64,000 nt of DNA from Isurus oxyrinchus (lineage: Eukaryota): positions 434,001 to 498,000 of the forward strand of contig JANJGN010000301.1 of assembly GCA_026770705.1 (NCBI GenBank), written 5' to 3'. Below are positions 1-12,765 of the stretch, in pieces. Numbering within the stretch: position 1 is the first letter of the stretch; the number at the start of each line of letters is the position of its first letter. Below the pieces are notes generated by a model that searched no databases, was not told the DNA's origin, and was given only the letters and a program-made list of their open reading frames with translations. The position numbers and the translations under genes were made by a program.

Positions 1-1395
1 AAGAGCAGAAATTATGCCATTCGGCCAATCGAGTCTGCTCCGCCATTCAATCATGGCTGATAAGTTTCTCAACCCCATTCTTCCGCCTTCTCCCTGTAAC
101 CTTTGATCCACTTACCAATCAAGAACCTATCTATCTCAGTCTTAAATAGACCCAATGACCTGGCCTCCACAGCCTTCTGTGGCAATGAATTCCATAGATT
201 CACCACTCTCTGGATGAAGAAATTTCTCCTCATCTCTGTTCTAAAAGGTCTTCCCTTTACTCTGGGGCTCTTGAGGCTGTGCCCTCGGGTCCTAGTCTCT
301 CCTACTCATTGAAACATCTTCTCCACGTCCACTCTATCCAGGACTTTTATTATTATTTAAGTTTCAATCAGATCCCCCCCCCCCATCCTTCAAACCTCCA
401 TCGAGTATAGACCCAGAATCCTCAACAGTTCCTCATATGTAAAGCCTTTCATTCCTAGGATCATTCTATTGAACCTCCTCTGGACCCTCTCCAGGACCAG
501 CACATCCTTGCTCACATTATTCTAAACGCGGTCTGACCAGAGCCTTATAAAGCCTCAGCAGCACATCACTGACTTTTATATCCTAGCCCTCTCGAAATAA
601 ATGCCAACGTTTTATTTGCCTTCCTAACTACCGACTCAACCTGCACGTTAACCTTAAGAGATCCTGGACTAGGACTCCCAAGTCGCTTTGCACTCCAGAT
701 TTGTGAATTCTCTCACCATTTAGCAAATAGTCTATGCCTCTATTCTTCCTACCAAAGTGCATGACCTCACACTTCCCCACGTTGTATTCCATCTGTCACT
801 TCTTTGCCCATTCTCCTAATCTGTCTGAATCCTTCTGCAGCCTCCCCGCCTCCTCAATACTACCTGTCCCTCCAGCTATCGTTGTACCATCTGCAAACTT
901 AGCCAGAATGCCCAGTTCCTTCATCTAGATCATTAAAGTATAAAGTGAAAAGTTGTGGTCCCAACACTGACGCCTGCAGAACTCCACTAGTCACCGGCTG
1001 CCATCCTGAGAAGGACCCCCTAATCCCTGCTCTCTGCCTCCTGCCAGATAACAATCTTCTATCCATGCTTGCACCTTGCCTCTAAGACCATGGCTCTTAC
1101 CTTACTGAGTAGCCTCCTGTGCGGCACCTTGTCAAAGGCCTTCTGAAAATCAAAGTAGATAACATCGGCTCTCCTTTATCTAACCTGCTCGTTATCTCCT
1201 CAAAGAATTCTAACAGATTTGTCAGGCATGACCTCCCCTTAATGAAACCATGCTGACTTTGCCCTAGTTTTCCATGCACTTGCAAGTGTTCTGAAATCTC
1301 ATCCTTAATAATAGACTCTAAAAGCTTACCAACGACCGAGGTCAGGCTAATCGGCCTGTAATTTCCCGTCTTTTGCTTCACTCCCTTCTTAACCA
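1..1395 (-). mobile_element. CR1-clade LINE, 5'-truncated (RT fragment and 3' end)
   Basis: ORF 1097-1423(-) NYRPISLTSVVGKLLE...SQHGFIKGRSCLTNLLEFFEE is typical CR1 reverse transcriptase; the 3' tail sequence recurs at ~32050-32145 and ~47735-47885. Confidence 0.9.
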
Positions 1396-1556
1396 GAGTT
1401 TCAACTCTTGGGAGCCAGCTCACCAGCTGACGTCCTCACATCACCACTGGGGACAGACGGAAGTGAGGTGAGAACATCCTGATACAAGACAGAAGATTAT
1501 TGAGGGTTTGGAACGGGTGTCTTCAGATATCCAACTCCCCTTTTACAGAGCGCACA

Positions 1557-2041
1557 ATGTGGCTACTCAGCATCTGGGTTGTGTGGGGATAATTCCTGAC
1601 AAGCAAATATGGTCCAGACACATTTAATATTTTCTCCTATCTTTCAAAAGCGTCAATTTTAAACACTCCTGGGCCTGAATGTTTCACTTTGAAAATGTTT
1701 TTCAGATCTGAGTCACAGACATTCTGTCAACCAGCCGCTGTAAAGGTAGAAGGAGAAGCTGTAACTTTAAACTGTACCTATGATGCTACAACGAGCTATT
1801 AGTATTCATACTGGTACCGGCAACACACAGATACACAGCCTGAGTTTATGTTGTCGAAACACTCGAGCGGTAGTGAAAATAAAGCAGATTTTGCCAAAAG
1901 CCGTTTCACTGCAGAGCTCCAGAACTCGAATAAATTCACTAGTTTAACCATCTCGGGTCTGCAGCTGATTGACGCTGTCGTGTATTACTGCGCTTTCAGA
2001 CTTACAGTGATGGAATGCCGTCTCACCCCTGTACAAAAACT
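1557..2041 (+). pseudogene. TCR alpha/delta V pseudogene (family A) with 23-RSS
   Basis: Leader ATG at 1557 contains TAA; V exon from 1706 has a frameshift and stop; VTLNCTY...WYRQ...SLTISGLQLIDAVVYYCAFR; RSS tacagtg(2003-2009)-23-acaaaaact(2033-2041), heptamer C1 mutated. Confidence 0.92.
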
Positions 2042-4715
2042 GCTTTGGACTGTATAGGCGCTCCTGTCTATTGCGGATTGCATAGAATTGGCGGCAGGTG
2101 CAGCCACAATGTTCAGAGGCGATGTCAGCCGCCCAAACACACACCGGGAAGAAATCACAATCATCTCGGATCAAACTTTCACCCAACTGTTTCCAAGAGC
2201 GACCAAGGGAACAAATTGCAGAATACAATCCGACCGACGGATCAACACAGAATCAGATTTGAAGACTCCTGTTCTAATCTCCACCCTCAATAATTTGTTG
2301 GCCTGTCCCAAGATGCTCTCACTACATTTCCTTCTGCCTCTCTGGTTGTGTGAGATCCATCTGTGGTGAGCTGTCTGACATTGAATGGAAACAACCTGAG
2401 CTGGGTTAAAATCATACTGTCAAGAAAGGGGAATGGCTGCACTCTTGGAGATGAGGTCATGGGAATAAAACCCTGACCTGTTCATTTTCACCAGAAAACT
2501 CGGGATTGTTAACGTTGGCAGAAAATATTCCAGCATTAAGGAAACATTCTGGACCTCAGTTTGTACTTGAGGTTTGTTTTAAAGATCACAGCCACTATCT
2601 TGTGAAATCTGTTCATTGTGCATAAACACACCCTGACCCAGCAACACACTCTGACCAAATAAAGCCTGTGAACAGGCGCGGTCAAAGGCTACAGGAAACT
2701 GACAGGGGAAATGGGGAAGGGCTGTTCAATATTACTGTCAGGCAGTGAAACTGCAGTAAAATGCACTAAGTTAAAGTAAATAAACCTACCAGTGTCGGTT
2801 ATCATATAAGTGCAAGTTGACCCCACTTAATATAATTCTGCAAGTGTTCCTGGCCTCTGCTTGTTTTGTTATGATCTTTCAGGAATGTCCCTGTGATTCT
2901 CATTGTGGAAATTGAATTATTTTTTTCTCTTTATCGGTGCGAGCGCGCCCTCTGGTGGGAGCTTAATGGAACTGTCAGTGAGGGATTCTGTACGGGATCC
3001 GCTATCTCTCTGCAGCAATGTGGGCTTCATAGCACAGTAATACACGGCGCTCTAGGCAACAATCATCCTTGTGATATTTAGAGGAAACGCTTTGTTTCCA
3101 TTGTGCAAATCAGCAGAGAATCTGTCTGATAATTGAAGATATCTCCTCATTCCCCATGCTTTATATCTTCAGTAAATATCTCTGAACTTCCCCGGGATGC
3201 TGAATATATCGAAACAGACTGGGGGCAGGGTAGGTTATCGATTAACCACAGCCTAGAGTAATTTTCTGTCTTTCCCGAATCGTTAATTCAGACGGATCTT
3301 GGGACACTAGATCATCCAGTCTCAGAAGCTCATTCCAACGAGTTATCCATGCAAAGTCTCCATTAATAGTAGCAAAAAATCGTTCCTCAGCTCACAGGCA
3401 GTATTGAAATAAGAGCAGTTACACTTGAGATGATTATGTGACAGGCGGGAATCATGACACAATAACTAAGAGCTCTAATTTGCAACGTTTCATTTTGATT
3501 TCAATCCGTGTCTTTCATTATATATGTTTTGGACATATCAAGATATAAATTGAAGATGAATGCCGTGTATTTAGTAACCTAACTGAAGCATGTATTACCC
3601 TCATCCTAATGAGAATCAGTATTTTCCATAATTCTACAGCATGTGACAATTCAGAAATTTCCGACGCAGTGCTGGCACACCTTTTTTTTACAAAAATGTC
3701 GCTTCCTTTGCACCAACCAATACAAACCGACATTTATATTAGCAAAATTATTTTAAAAAATCAGCTTACAGTTTTATGCTGATTAATACTCTATCCTCTA
3801 CTCATCATTGACCAATTTGAAATATTGCTTAAGCATTAATGAGCTTGATACCTCAAGTTTAGAGTTTCGAATTAAATATGCTTCTCACAGTGAAAAATTG
3901 GAATTGGTTGGGGTTTTGTGCAATTGATGAACATCTATTTGTATAATTGAATATCCTGTTCCCATGCTCTAATCTGCATTCATCGGAGAGTTTAATACCA
4001 GATCAGTGGTGATCAGGCTTATGCTTATTGACGTGAGTCTGCAAATGCTTTCTTGAGCCTGGGATTAGCAACATTCTTAGAGAGATGAAGAGGGGTGCCA
4101 GTTACCATCACTGTGTTATTAATGAAGTAATTTCCTCACACAGGTCCGGTCGCTATGCTGTGCTGATGAATCCCAAAAGTAGACAAACTGTGTTGAGAAA
4201 TGTTAAATCAATTCACCCTGTCAATTGCACTTCACATTCCTCCGGATTAAGTTCCCCCAACCGTATGGTTTGTATTCTTTCATCTCGGGTTTTTAAATCC
4301 ATTCACGTCCATTTCGCTGCTTGGTAGCCCTGGGTGCCTTAAACGTCAATCAGCCAGAGACACGGCTCATGTTAGTCACTTCCGCCACACGGAGCGGCCA
4401 GGATTTTTGACAACTGGGCCTCAGAAGATAAAATGGATTCTCTGAGCCCATTACAAGGGCACGATCTCCCTACCCTAGCCAGAGAGAAAAGACATCAACA
4501 GCTTTTTGACATTTCAACAGGATAACCAGCTCAAATATCCGGCGTATCTGTGAGAAACACGCCAGCCGCCTGATTGTTACATGCTGAAGAACAGACATAT
4601 TAAAAGCAGCCGCCATTTTCCAGTCGCGGGCAAATTGAGATATCGATTATCGACTTGATCAACGATACAGGTAGAAATATGAATAATTGGTCATACCTGG
4701 AGCGAATATCCGCAA

Positions 4716-5105
4716 ATGGAGATATTCGCCTTTATTTTTTACTTTCATTTGGCTATTTTGGATAAAGAAAACGGTGTTGCAAAATAAAACGATTGAAGGT
4801 TTTGAATATTTTCCTTGTATTAACAGTGGTCCGCCTAAAGAAAGGGAAATCCCAAACACAGCAGGTTACAGTGGTGGAGGGAGGAATGGTTCAAACCCGG
4901 TGCGAGGCGCCCACCAGGAGCTGGGATAGGATGATACGGTACCGGCAATTACCGGGACGGCAGCGAAATTTACAGTATCCGCCCCTGGCAGCACAACCTG
5001 CGGGAGTGGACGGTTTTCAGTGTTTGTTGCCAGACAGAGAAGTTCAATATTTTCAACATGCGAAGAACCGCAGATCCAGACTCCGGGGGTGTGTATGTGT
5101 TGGAA
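4716..5105 (+). pseudogene. Degenerate TCR V pseudogene
   Basis: Leader-like MEIFAFIFYFHLAIL; acceptor ~4827; QVTVVEGGMVQTRCE...RYRQLPG, then frameshifted SGRFSVFV and DSGGVY; no recognisable RSS. Confidence 0.6.
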
Positions 5106-6282
5106 TATGTAAATTGGCGCAAATGGCGAGATATCCTATCTAATAACCCTCGTCCATCACAATCATCGAGCAGTGGACGTTCTATCCTCCGCACCTGGAG
5201 TCGCACTTTGGATGAAACATTCAGACCGATGGCATTGTTATTTGCTGTCACGTGACAAAGATTTAAGTGGCTAAAGTTTGTGCCAGTTTAAATGGACCGG
5301 CTTTTCGGAATTCCAGGGCCTCGGCGTTTCTCAGGAAGAATGATTCCACTTGACCACCTGACATATATGATGGATTGCATCATGAAAATGTTGCTTAGCG
5401 AGGTGCAGACAGTCAACATGGGTATCTAGAGATTAACAATTAATGCCAGCGACGTCCATATCGTTAAAATGAATTTTAAAAATTGTGTGTAACATCTTAT
5501 CGCTTTTTCTGTTTATGTTTTCACGAGTGAAGTGGAAGTTATTGCAACATTTACATCATTGGTGAAAAAATCTATCCTGACAGTGAAAATACTGGCCGCA
5601 TTAAAAGGCATAGACAAAACACAAATAATTAAGGCCGTGAGTAAAGAGTTTGACAAAATGGAGAAACATTCAATTACACTGAACCACCAACAGCAGGCGA
5701 AACTGTCCGACTGGATATTCACAGATTGAACTAAAAGTAAAATCAATAAATGTATTTCCATTTTTCTCATTCAATGAAAGCACAGTGACTAGAGACCACA
5801 TGGCCGCCATGGTAAACATCAACTGGAGGGACAATGGAAGGAAATATGAAACAAATATTCCTTTAAAAGTAAAGGGGCAAGGGGATGTTCAGAGCCAGAC
5901 AGTGGAGACCAGCAAACAATCTGTGAAATTCTGTGATTCGAAGCCAGCTGTGACCATTTGAATTAGAAATAAAACAGAGACCTTCTCAAACCATTTATTC
6001 AGTCACTGCTTAGAGAGACAGGGAAATTCCATTCTAATGACAGATCATTTTTCTTCGTTTTGAGAACACCAACACTCAAGTGAAACTATATGACGTATGA
6101 TGACAACATCCCATAAGGAACCAATCGGTGAGAATGTCGCCCCTCAGCTTCCGACTACACGAGGAGAATTTGAAGCTCTCTCCTGTCCACTCCTCCCATT
6201 ATTGAGAGTCCTGAGTTCGGCAGCCAGTCTCAGTCTCTAAATCAGACCCTGATTGATCCGCCTTTTGTCCATCTTCATCATC

Positions 6283-6670
6283 ATAAACAGAAGCCCCAAC
6301 AAAGAGCTGTTTCCAGTTGGAGCCCTGTTGATGATAAGTTTGTGAGTTCATTTTTCGAATCAGATGCACCTTTTGCCATTACTATATCCTGTTTCGCTTG
6401 AGCAATATTGCTTTCTTCGCAGCCGTTAGTGTGAGGATCAGGGTTCAGCACAGGTGGTGACTCTGGAAGGATAACGGGTTGAATTGGACTGCAGACTCTC
6501 CATTGATATTGGAAACAGCGTAGCTTGGTACAGGCCGACAGTCACAGGAGCTCCGACATTTATCAGCTACATATATCAGGGGACTGAGGCAATAGAACGC
6601 TACACACTGACCTTCGACCAAGTAAAGAAATCCAACACTATCTCTGTTGATGGCACCACCACTCCGGGAC
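6283..6670 (+). pseudogene. TCR V pseudogene (family B), 3'-truncated
   Basis: Paralogue of 16950-17423; start ATG>ATA, in-frame TAA at ~6471, ELDCRLS...AWYRPTVTGAPTFI...RYTLTFD; breaks off before YYC and RSS next to a CR1 fragment. Confidence 0.88.
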
Positions 6671-6689
6671 GTTAATATAATAAATAGTA

Positions 6690-6890
6690 GAGAAGGAGAA
6701 AGAGATTCTAGAATGTGTTCAGGACATTTCGAGTCTGTCTATCTCCACTTCAATGGGGAAGATGGCGTTGCTGGACCTGCTTCTTGGATATACGGTGGGT
6801 CAACTGGATGAAGTCACTGGGGGGAGCATATCGGGGAAATGATAATATAATTGTTCTGGTTATGCTAGTTCTGGAAAGGAACAATGAGGA
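6690..6890 (+). mobile_element. CR1 LINE endonuclease C-terminal fragment, degenerate
   Basis: Resembles the FLECVQD...LDLLLG...GEH region also seen in the CR1 at 53760-54000. Confidence 0.55.
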
Positions 6891-6892
6891 AT

Positions 6893-6957
6893 CTACAATG
6901 TACGAGGCTCCATCTGGTTCCTGTCACTGTGTCACTCAACCCGCAGTAATACACCAG
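6893..6957 (-). pseudogene. Orphan V 3' end (VYYCGLS) with 23-RSS
   Basis: Closely matches the end of the V at 34703-34765; cacagtg(6931-6925)-23-degenerate nonamer acattgtag. Confidence 0.8.
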
Positions 6958-7229
6958 TACTTCTCTTTAGCTCTGAAGAAGACTCATATGGACTGGAAAC
7001 GTTAATCCGAATATACATTGTATTGCTTGCATTGGCTGCACATAATTGACTAACCTCGCCTTCTATAACAGTAAGGGGGATCTAATGCTGAAAAATCTCC
7101 AGGGAGTGGAATGTTAAAGGAACACTTGAGTATTTTCAATGCATTGAGAACTTATGAAGGACCAGAGCACCAACTTGCAGCTCATTCAGCTAAACACTTT
7201 TTTTTTCCAACCTGTCTGTGGGTGAGAGA

Positions 7230-7860
7230 CGAAGGGAGAAACATGTCTAGAGGCAGAAAAAATGAGGGAGAGAAAGTTTCAGAAATAAAGAAGACCAAAT
7301 AGAGAGAAAGTCTGAGTGAGAAACAGTGAGCGAAACACGGATGGAGATACAAGGAGACACACAAGAGGAAAGGCAATGCGAGAAAATGAAGGAGAGAGGC
7401 TAAGATAAACAGAGGGAGAAACAATTAGGGAAATGAGGGACTGATACAGGGCAGAAATAAGAGAGAAAGCGAGGGTTGGACTTAGATGAAGATGCAGCAC
7501 GAGAAATGAATGCAGCAATACGGACTCATTCAAAGCAAAAAATGAAAAGAAACAAATGAAGACAGTGAGTGAATCAGAGGGAGAGACCCTGATATATATG
7601 GAGGCATAGATAGCGAGAGAGAGAGAATGACAAAACTGATTGAGATACAGGGAGATAAATAAAGGGAAAGGATAGAAATGAAGGGGAGACAGTGAGATAA
7701 ACTGTGGGAGAGACAGTGAGACAATGAGGGAGAGGCAGAGACCGGGAGGGAAGTAGATGAAGATACGGGGAAGGCAACAGAAATGGTAACATGGAGATGG
7801 AGAAACAAAGAGAAGCAAACGAATAGACAGCAAGACAAACAGAGAAAGAGACAGTGAGAG
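7230..7860. repeat. GA-rich low-complexity tract
   Basis: Purine-rich degenerate (GA)n; source of spurious S/L-rich minus-strand ORFs. Confidence 0.85.
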
Positions 7861-9026
7861 AAATATTGTGTGATACTGAGTGCTATTGTGAGAAAAGCAA
7901 TGCCCTAAATGGAAGCAGGATTTCCAGGAAGGGAAAGAAAAGGAACATTATCTAACATGTGATATGGTAAGGTTGACTTCCGGGAACGACCTTGCCTCCT
8001 GGATTATTAGATCAAGATCATAACCACCACGTTATTGTGCCCGTACCCGCGGCAGGAAACAAACAATGAGGAAGCTCCGGCTGGTGGCGACCTGAGGTAA
8101 ATGGACGCTACCTGTAAAAATCATAGGATTCTCAGATTATTCAAGGATGTTGTTGTATGATTGTATCGCATTATTGCTGTTCATGTCATTACTATAATAA
8201 TATATTTTAATGCGAATGAACATATACAAGGGAGCTAATCCCAACTCCATTTTAAATCTTTTTATTTTATTTTAATATCTCAGTCATCACAAGTTAAAAG
8301 AAACTCGTTTTAAACAATATGAAACCACCGAGATCCCGCTGAGATGCCGACTCTAAAATACCAACACAGACAAAGCATACAAATATGACCCTGATTCACA
8401 CGCCAAGACTGTGTTCTTTTGGGATTTAAATGTAATTATTTCTATTTCAATGATGTCCCTGAGCTGTGGTTATTATATTTTATTTATCATAGCTCCTCCC
8501 ATCAATTGAGAGCTTTGCTGAACTCATTGAAATGTGAGGCTGGGACAAGCTTAATTTTCTACACCCTGAAATTTAGGGAAAACGGGAGAAAGAGAAACGA
8601 ACAGAAAATAGTGTGTGCGGGACGGAGAAGAGACAGAGAAAGGGAGAATCGAGGCACAGAGGCCGAAAGGCAGAGCGAGAGAGACAGATCCTGAGACCAA
8701 GAGAAAGTCCGTGAAGCCGAGAAAAACGGGGAGAAAGAAATTCAGAAGAAATAATCCGCCCAGAACAAACACTGATCGGTGCGGCTCAAACACACACCAA
8801 GAGGAAACCACATTAACCTCGGATCAAACTGTCACCCAGCTGTTTCCAGGAGCGGTCGAGAAAACAAATTGCGGACTCCACTCCGACAGGCAGATGCTTC
8901 ATCAATTTAGCCTACAGGTTAAACCGTCCTTCCTGTTTCTGATCAGCTGTTAATTCCCTTAAACTCAGGGCTCGATATTTAGGTCAGACCCGGGAAAGAA
9001 GTTACTGGCTCCCAGACCACACTGAC

Positions 9027-9122
9027 TGACGTCACACAGACTACAGACTGACATCACACAGAGGCCCGACCGACGTCACACAGGCTGCAGGCTGACGTCA
9101 CACAGGAAGATGCCCTGACGCA
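9027..9122 (+). promoter_or_regulatory. Tandem CRE (TGACGTCA-like) array, 22-bp period, upstream of the V at 9330
   Basis: tgacgtca 9027, tgacatca 9049, cgacgtca 9071, tgacgtca 9093, tgacgca 9116. Confidence 0.7.
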
Positions 9123-9329
9123 TGCGCAGTCCCATCCCCCACACTCCATCAATGTTCATACTCCGTCACAGCTTCACTTAGTGATCACAATTCCAGAGGC
9201 CCTGGTCTGCTGGATATAGTAGAATTCGTGTTTGGCTCAGTTTCATATCCAGCAGCTCTGCCTTCTGCAGCAGCTTCTCCTGGCCTGAACCTGCTGATAG
9301 TTATTTTATACAAGTCGTTCGGATCCGAC

Positions 9330-9885
9330 ATGAATCTGAGCTTCACTGTAAACATTATCTTCCTGGATTTCTTACGCTCCCCTCCTTGTGAATGTGATCA
9401 CGATTCCTGAAATGAATATTACCCTATCATTATGTTATATTCTGCTGGATTCTACTTTGTCTCATGATATTATCGTGTTACGTTAAGTCGCATTTTATTG
9501 TGCTTTATTACATTACATTGCTCTATGTGATGTCAATTTTAGGACGTTATTTACATCTACATATTTGTCTCAGGTACCGCTGGCAGTGACGAGGTGTTGC
9601 AGTTGCCGGAGTCGATGGTTGTTACAGCGGGAGACAATGCAACCTTGACCCGTTCTACCACAGCAGCAGGACGCATCCTACACTGGTACAGAGAATACCA
9701 GGACAGAGCCGTGCAACACTTGGCGAGCGATACCAACGATCACGACAGAATCACGGCTCGGATCATTTCAACAGAGAAACGCTGTGCTCTGAATCTTAGC
9801 GACCCTCGAGTGACAGGCACCGTTACCTATTTCTGTGCCGTTGAGACACAATGCAGCGAAAATCAAGAGGCACTGTATAAAAACC
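9330..9885 (+). CDS. TCR V segment, open frame but first Cys replaced by Arg (ORF or incipient pseudogene)
   Basis: Leader MNLSFTVNIIFLDFLRSPP then gtgaat; V exon 9574-9846 SDEVLQLPESMVVTAGDNATLT(R)...HWYRE...TYFCAVE; RSS cacaatg(9847-9853)-23-ataaaaacc(9877-9885). Confidence 0.85.
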
Positions 9886-10568
9886 TGCTGGGACGGGCTG
9901 GCCGTTTGTAGCCCGCGCCGTTGATATAGAGCTGGGCGTTTTATAACAGTCACCCAGGGAACCCTCCTCAGTCTCCCAGTGAGGTAAGTCTGTCCCTGGT
10001 CTGGGTTTCTTCTTTAATATCAGACGAGAAGGGACAACATACATTTGAAATACAGTTATTTGCCGTAGGAATCTAAACCAGGCACCAGGTGCACCCCATT
10101 GTTCCTTTTTCTGATAACAGCCGTGATGTTCAGTCAGTATTTTGTAAAAGGATCATTGTCTACTTCATATGTTATAATCAATCCCAGACTTTTACCCGTT
10201 CTTTGTTTTGTCACAGCAACAAGTGGCTTCGACTAAGAATCCAAGGATTCCTTTGGCTTAACTGTCTGGAAGAACAGTCCATAATGATCGGCTACAGTTG
10301 CTCCATAGCTGTGAGTTCCATACCTCTTGTACATCAATATTCCGGCTAAGCTCCGAGGCTTTTCCTGAGGCACTATAACTCGGGGCCATGGGGATAAATC
10401 TCAAAATTCCTCAGACCGGTTCTCTGTTGATTTGGACAAGGGAAAAGACAACAGTGCAAATGTTCCAAATATAAACCTGTCAGTTTGTGTTCTCTGTGAA
10501 CCTTGGAACAAACTAAAGGTAAAGGCAGCGGCATCAGAACATTTAACCGAGCTGTAAGTACTCGCTGA

Positions 10569-11089
10569 GGTTTCTGTTCGAGTTTTTGGGTTTTATCTGA
10601 CACTGGGCATCAATGCGCAGTAATAGACGGCCCGGTCCTCCAAACACAGGCCGCTTATATTGGCATAACCGACTTCTTAGGCTCGTCAGCAGCCGCTAGA
10701 TATTGTCCTGCGATTTCGTATTCTTTGAATACTACTGCTTTGCCACTTATCCAGCTTGGATGCTCTGCCGGTTTCTGCCGATACCACTACATGCTGTTCA
10801 TAAATTGGTCTTTATATTCCCAATCCAACTGTGCTGAATCCTCTCCTGGCACAGTTAATGTCTTCGGTGACTGAGTTAATGAATATGCACATAGTCCGCC
10901 TGTGAATGTAGATGAATAAAAGAGCAGAAGGTTAAAGAGGATCGATTTAAGCGTGGTTCTATCTATTTGAGTGTGTGTAAATTCCTATTTACCAAACCAA
11001 AAGCTCTCAGCATCTAGCTGCTAAACCACCCTGATGTACGCAATCCAGTACCTAGCGTCCAGCACAGTCCCCTGTACTGTGAATAGCAT
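10569..11089 (-). pseudogene. TCR V pseudogene (family C)
   Basis: Paralogue of 25013-25553; V exon 10899-10608 SLTQSPKTLTV...LDWEY (Cys>Trp), stop before WYRQKP, frameshift, AVYYCALM; RSS cccagtg-23-acagaaacc; leader donor mutated. Confidence 0.9.
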
Positions 11090-11514
11090 GTCTGACTGAA
11101 TCTGTCTCAATGAATGTAAATGGAATGAGCCAGAGATTGAGAAAGAGAGAGGGACCCGGGCTCTGTCCAGCTCATTGTTCCACCCACACAGTGCAGGGGG
11201 CCAGGCCTATTGTGGCCTATTGTGACCTCAGTCAGAATACCATCCTACTTGGCGCTGGTGACACGTGACTTTCCAATTCACATGCTTGAGTTTGGTTCTC
11301 TCTGCTGGCTGATTCTGTTCAATCCAGTTTAGAATGGAGCCATTGAGTGAATTTAGGATTTATTGATTTGCATATTAAAACACGAAATTCGAATATGTTC
11401 TCCCAGAAATATAATTTGGAGATAATCAGACATGACTTTTATTTTTTATGATGTTTATGGCAGAAAGTAATGATAACATTTTATGAATCGCTGCTTAGCG
11501 ATCGAGGAACTGCC

Positions 11515-12285
11515 ATATGAACATACGAACATACAAACATGTGAAATAGGAGCAGGGGTAAGCCATTCATTCCTCGATCCTGCTCCACCATTCAATAAGA
11601 TCATGGCTAATTTGCTTGTGTTTGGAATTCCACGTTCCCTTCTACCCCCAATAACCTTTGATTCCCTTGCCTTTCAAGAGTCTACCTATATCTGCCTCAA
11701 AATATTCAATGACCCCGCCTCCACTGCCTTCGGAGACAGTTTTCCAAAGTCGTCCAACCTCCTGAGAGCAAATAAATTCCATTAATTTCTGTGCTCAAAT
11801 GGCAACCCCTAATTTTCAAAGAGTGCCCAGTACTTCTGGACTCACCCACAAGAGGAAGCATATCTTCCACATCCACCTTGTCAATACTATTCAGGATCGT
11901 ATATACTTAAATCAAGTCATATCTCTCTCTTCGAAACTCCATACAAGCCCAGTATGTCTGAACTTTCCTCGTAAGACAACCCGCTCATTACAGGCATCAG
12001 ACTAGTGACCCTCCTCTGAACCGCCTCCGACGCATCTACATCCTCCCTTGAATAAGGAGACCTAAACTGAATACAGTTTTCGAGATGCTGTGTCAGCAGT
12101 GCTCTGTATAACTGAAGCATAACATTGTTACTTTTATGTTCAATTCGTCTCGTAATAAAATATAACATTCCATTAGCATTATTGGTTACATGTTGTATCT
12201 ACATACTAACATTTTGTGACTCATGCACCAGAACACCTAGATCCCTCTGGAACTTGAAATTCTGCAGCCGTTCCCCATTTCAGTA
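11515..12285 (-). mobile_element. CR1 LINE 3' fragment
   Basis: ORF 11917-12168(-) LQLYRALLTQHLENCIQFRSPY...EAVQRRVT is the CR1 ORF2 C-terminus. Confidence 0.85.
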
Positions 12286-12290
12286 ATACA

Positions 12291-12765
12291 ATGAAAGATA
12301 CTGCACCATTGCTCATCATTATATCACTTCTCAATAAGTATTTCCTGCCCTGCTCAAATATATTCTCCCCCTCAGTGCCGTAACCAATATCATATTATCA
12401 ATGCACTGCAATGTTGTTGTTGACTCGGTGGCCATTATTAATATTTATTTCAGAATGGAGCCATCAACACACAGAACAGTCGGCTGCTGCAATGATGGTA
12501 AAAGAGAAAAGCAAGAAATTCTAACTCCTATGTGCTGAGCTACAGTTAACACACCAAGCGACCTCCACAGAAACCATCACCCTCTCTATGGAGGGATAGC
12601 AAACTGGAACACCAACTTCACTAAGCGATTCCCTTCTAGGTTTTGTAAAACTACTCAGATGACCGCATTAACGGTTAGCAAATACCTGTTCTCTGACACC
12701 GCCGTGCATTTCTGTGCCAGATCTGTACGCTACTGTAGAAGAAGAGAAGATCCCAAAAAAGCCCC
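12291..12765 (+). pseudogene. Degenerate TCR V pseudogene (family D)
   Basis: Leader MKDTAPLLIIISLL with mutated donor (ataagt); FR3 KRFPSRFCKTTQMTALTVSKYLFSDTAVHFCAR; leader, end and 3' flank homologous to 23237-23771(-). Confidence 0.7.

Noticed and set aside
7279-7838. Long hydrophobic minus-strand ORFs
   Set aside because: Translation of a GA-rich low-complexity tract.
9940-9990. J-like QGTLLSL followed by gtaagt downstream of the V RSS
   Set aside because: No FGXG motif, no RSS, and V read-through stops at 9911.
12640-12725. IgH-like or TAILV segment because it ends in CAR
   Set aside because: Leader and flanks match the TCR-type pseudogene at 23237-23771; no IgH framework motifs visible.
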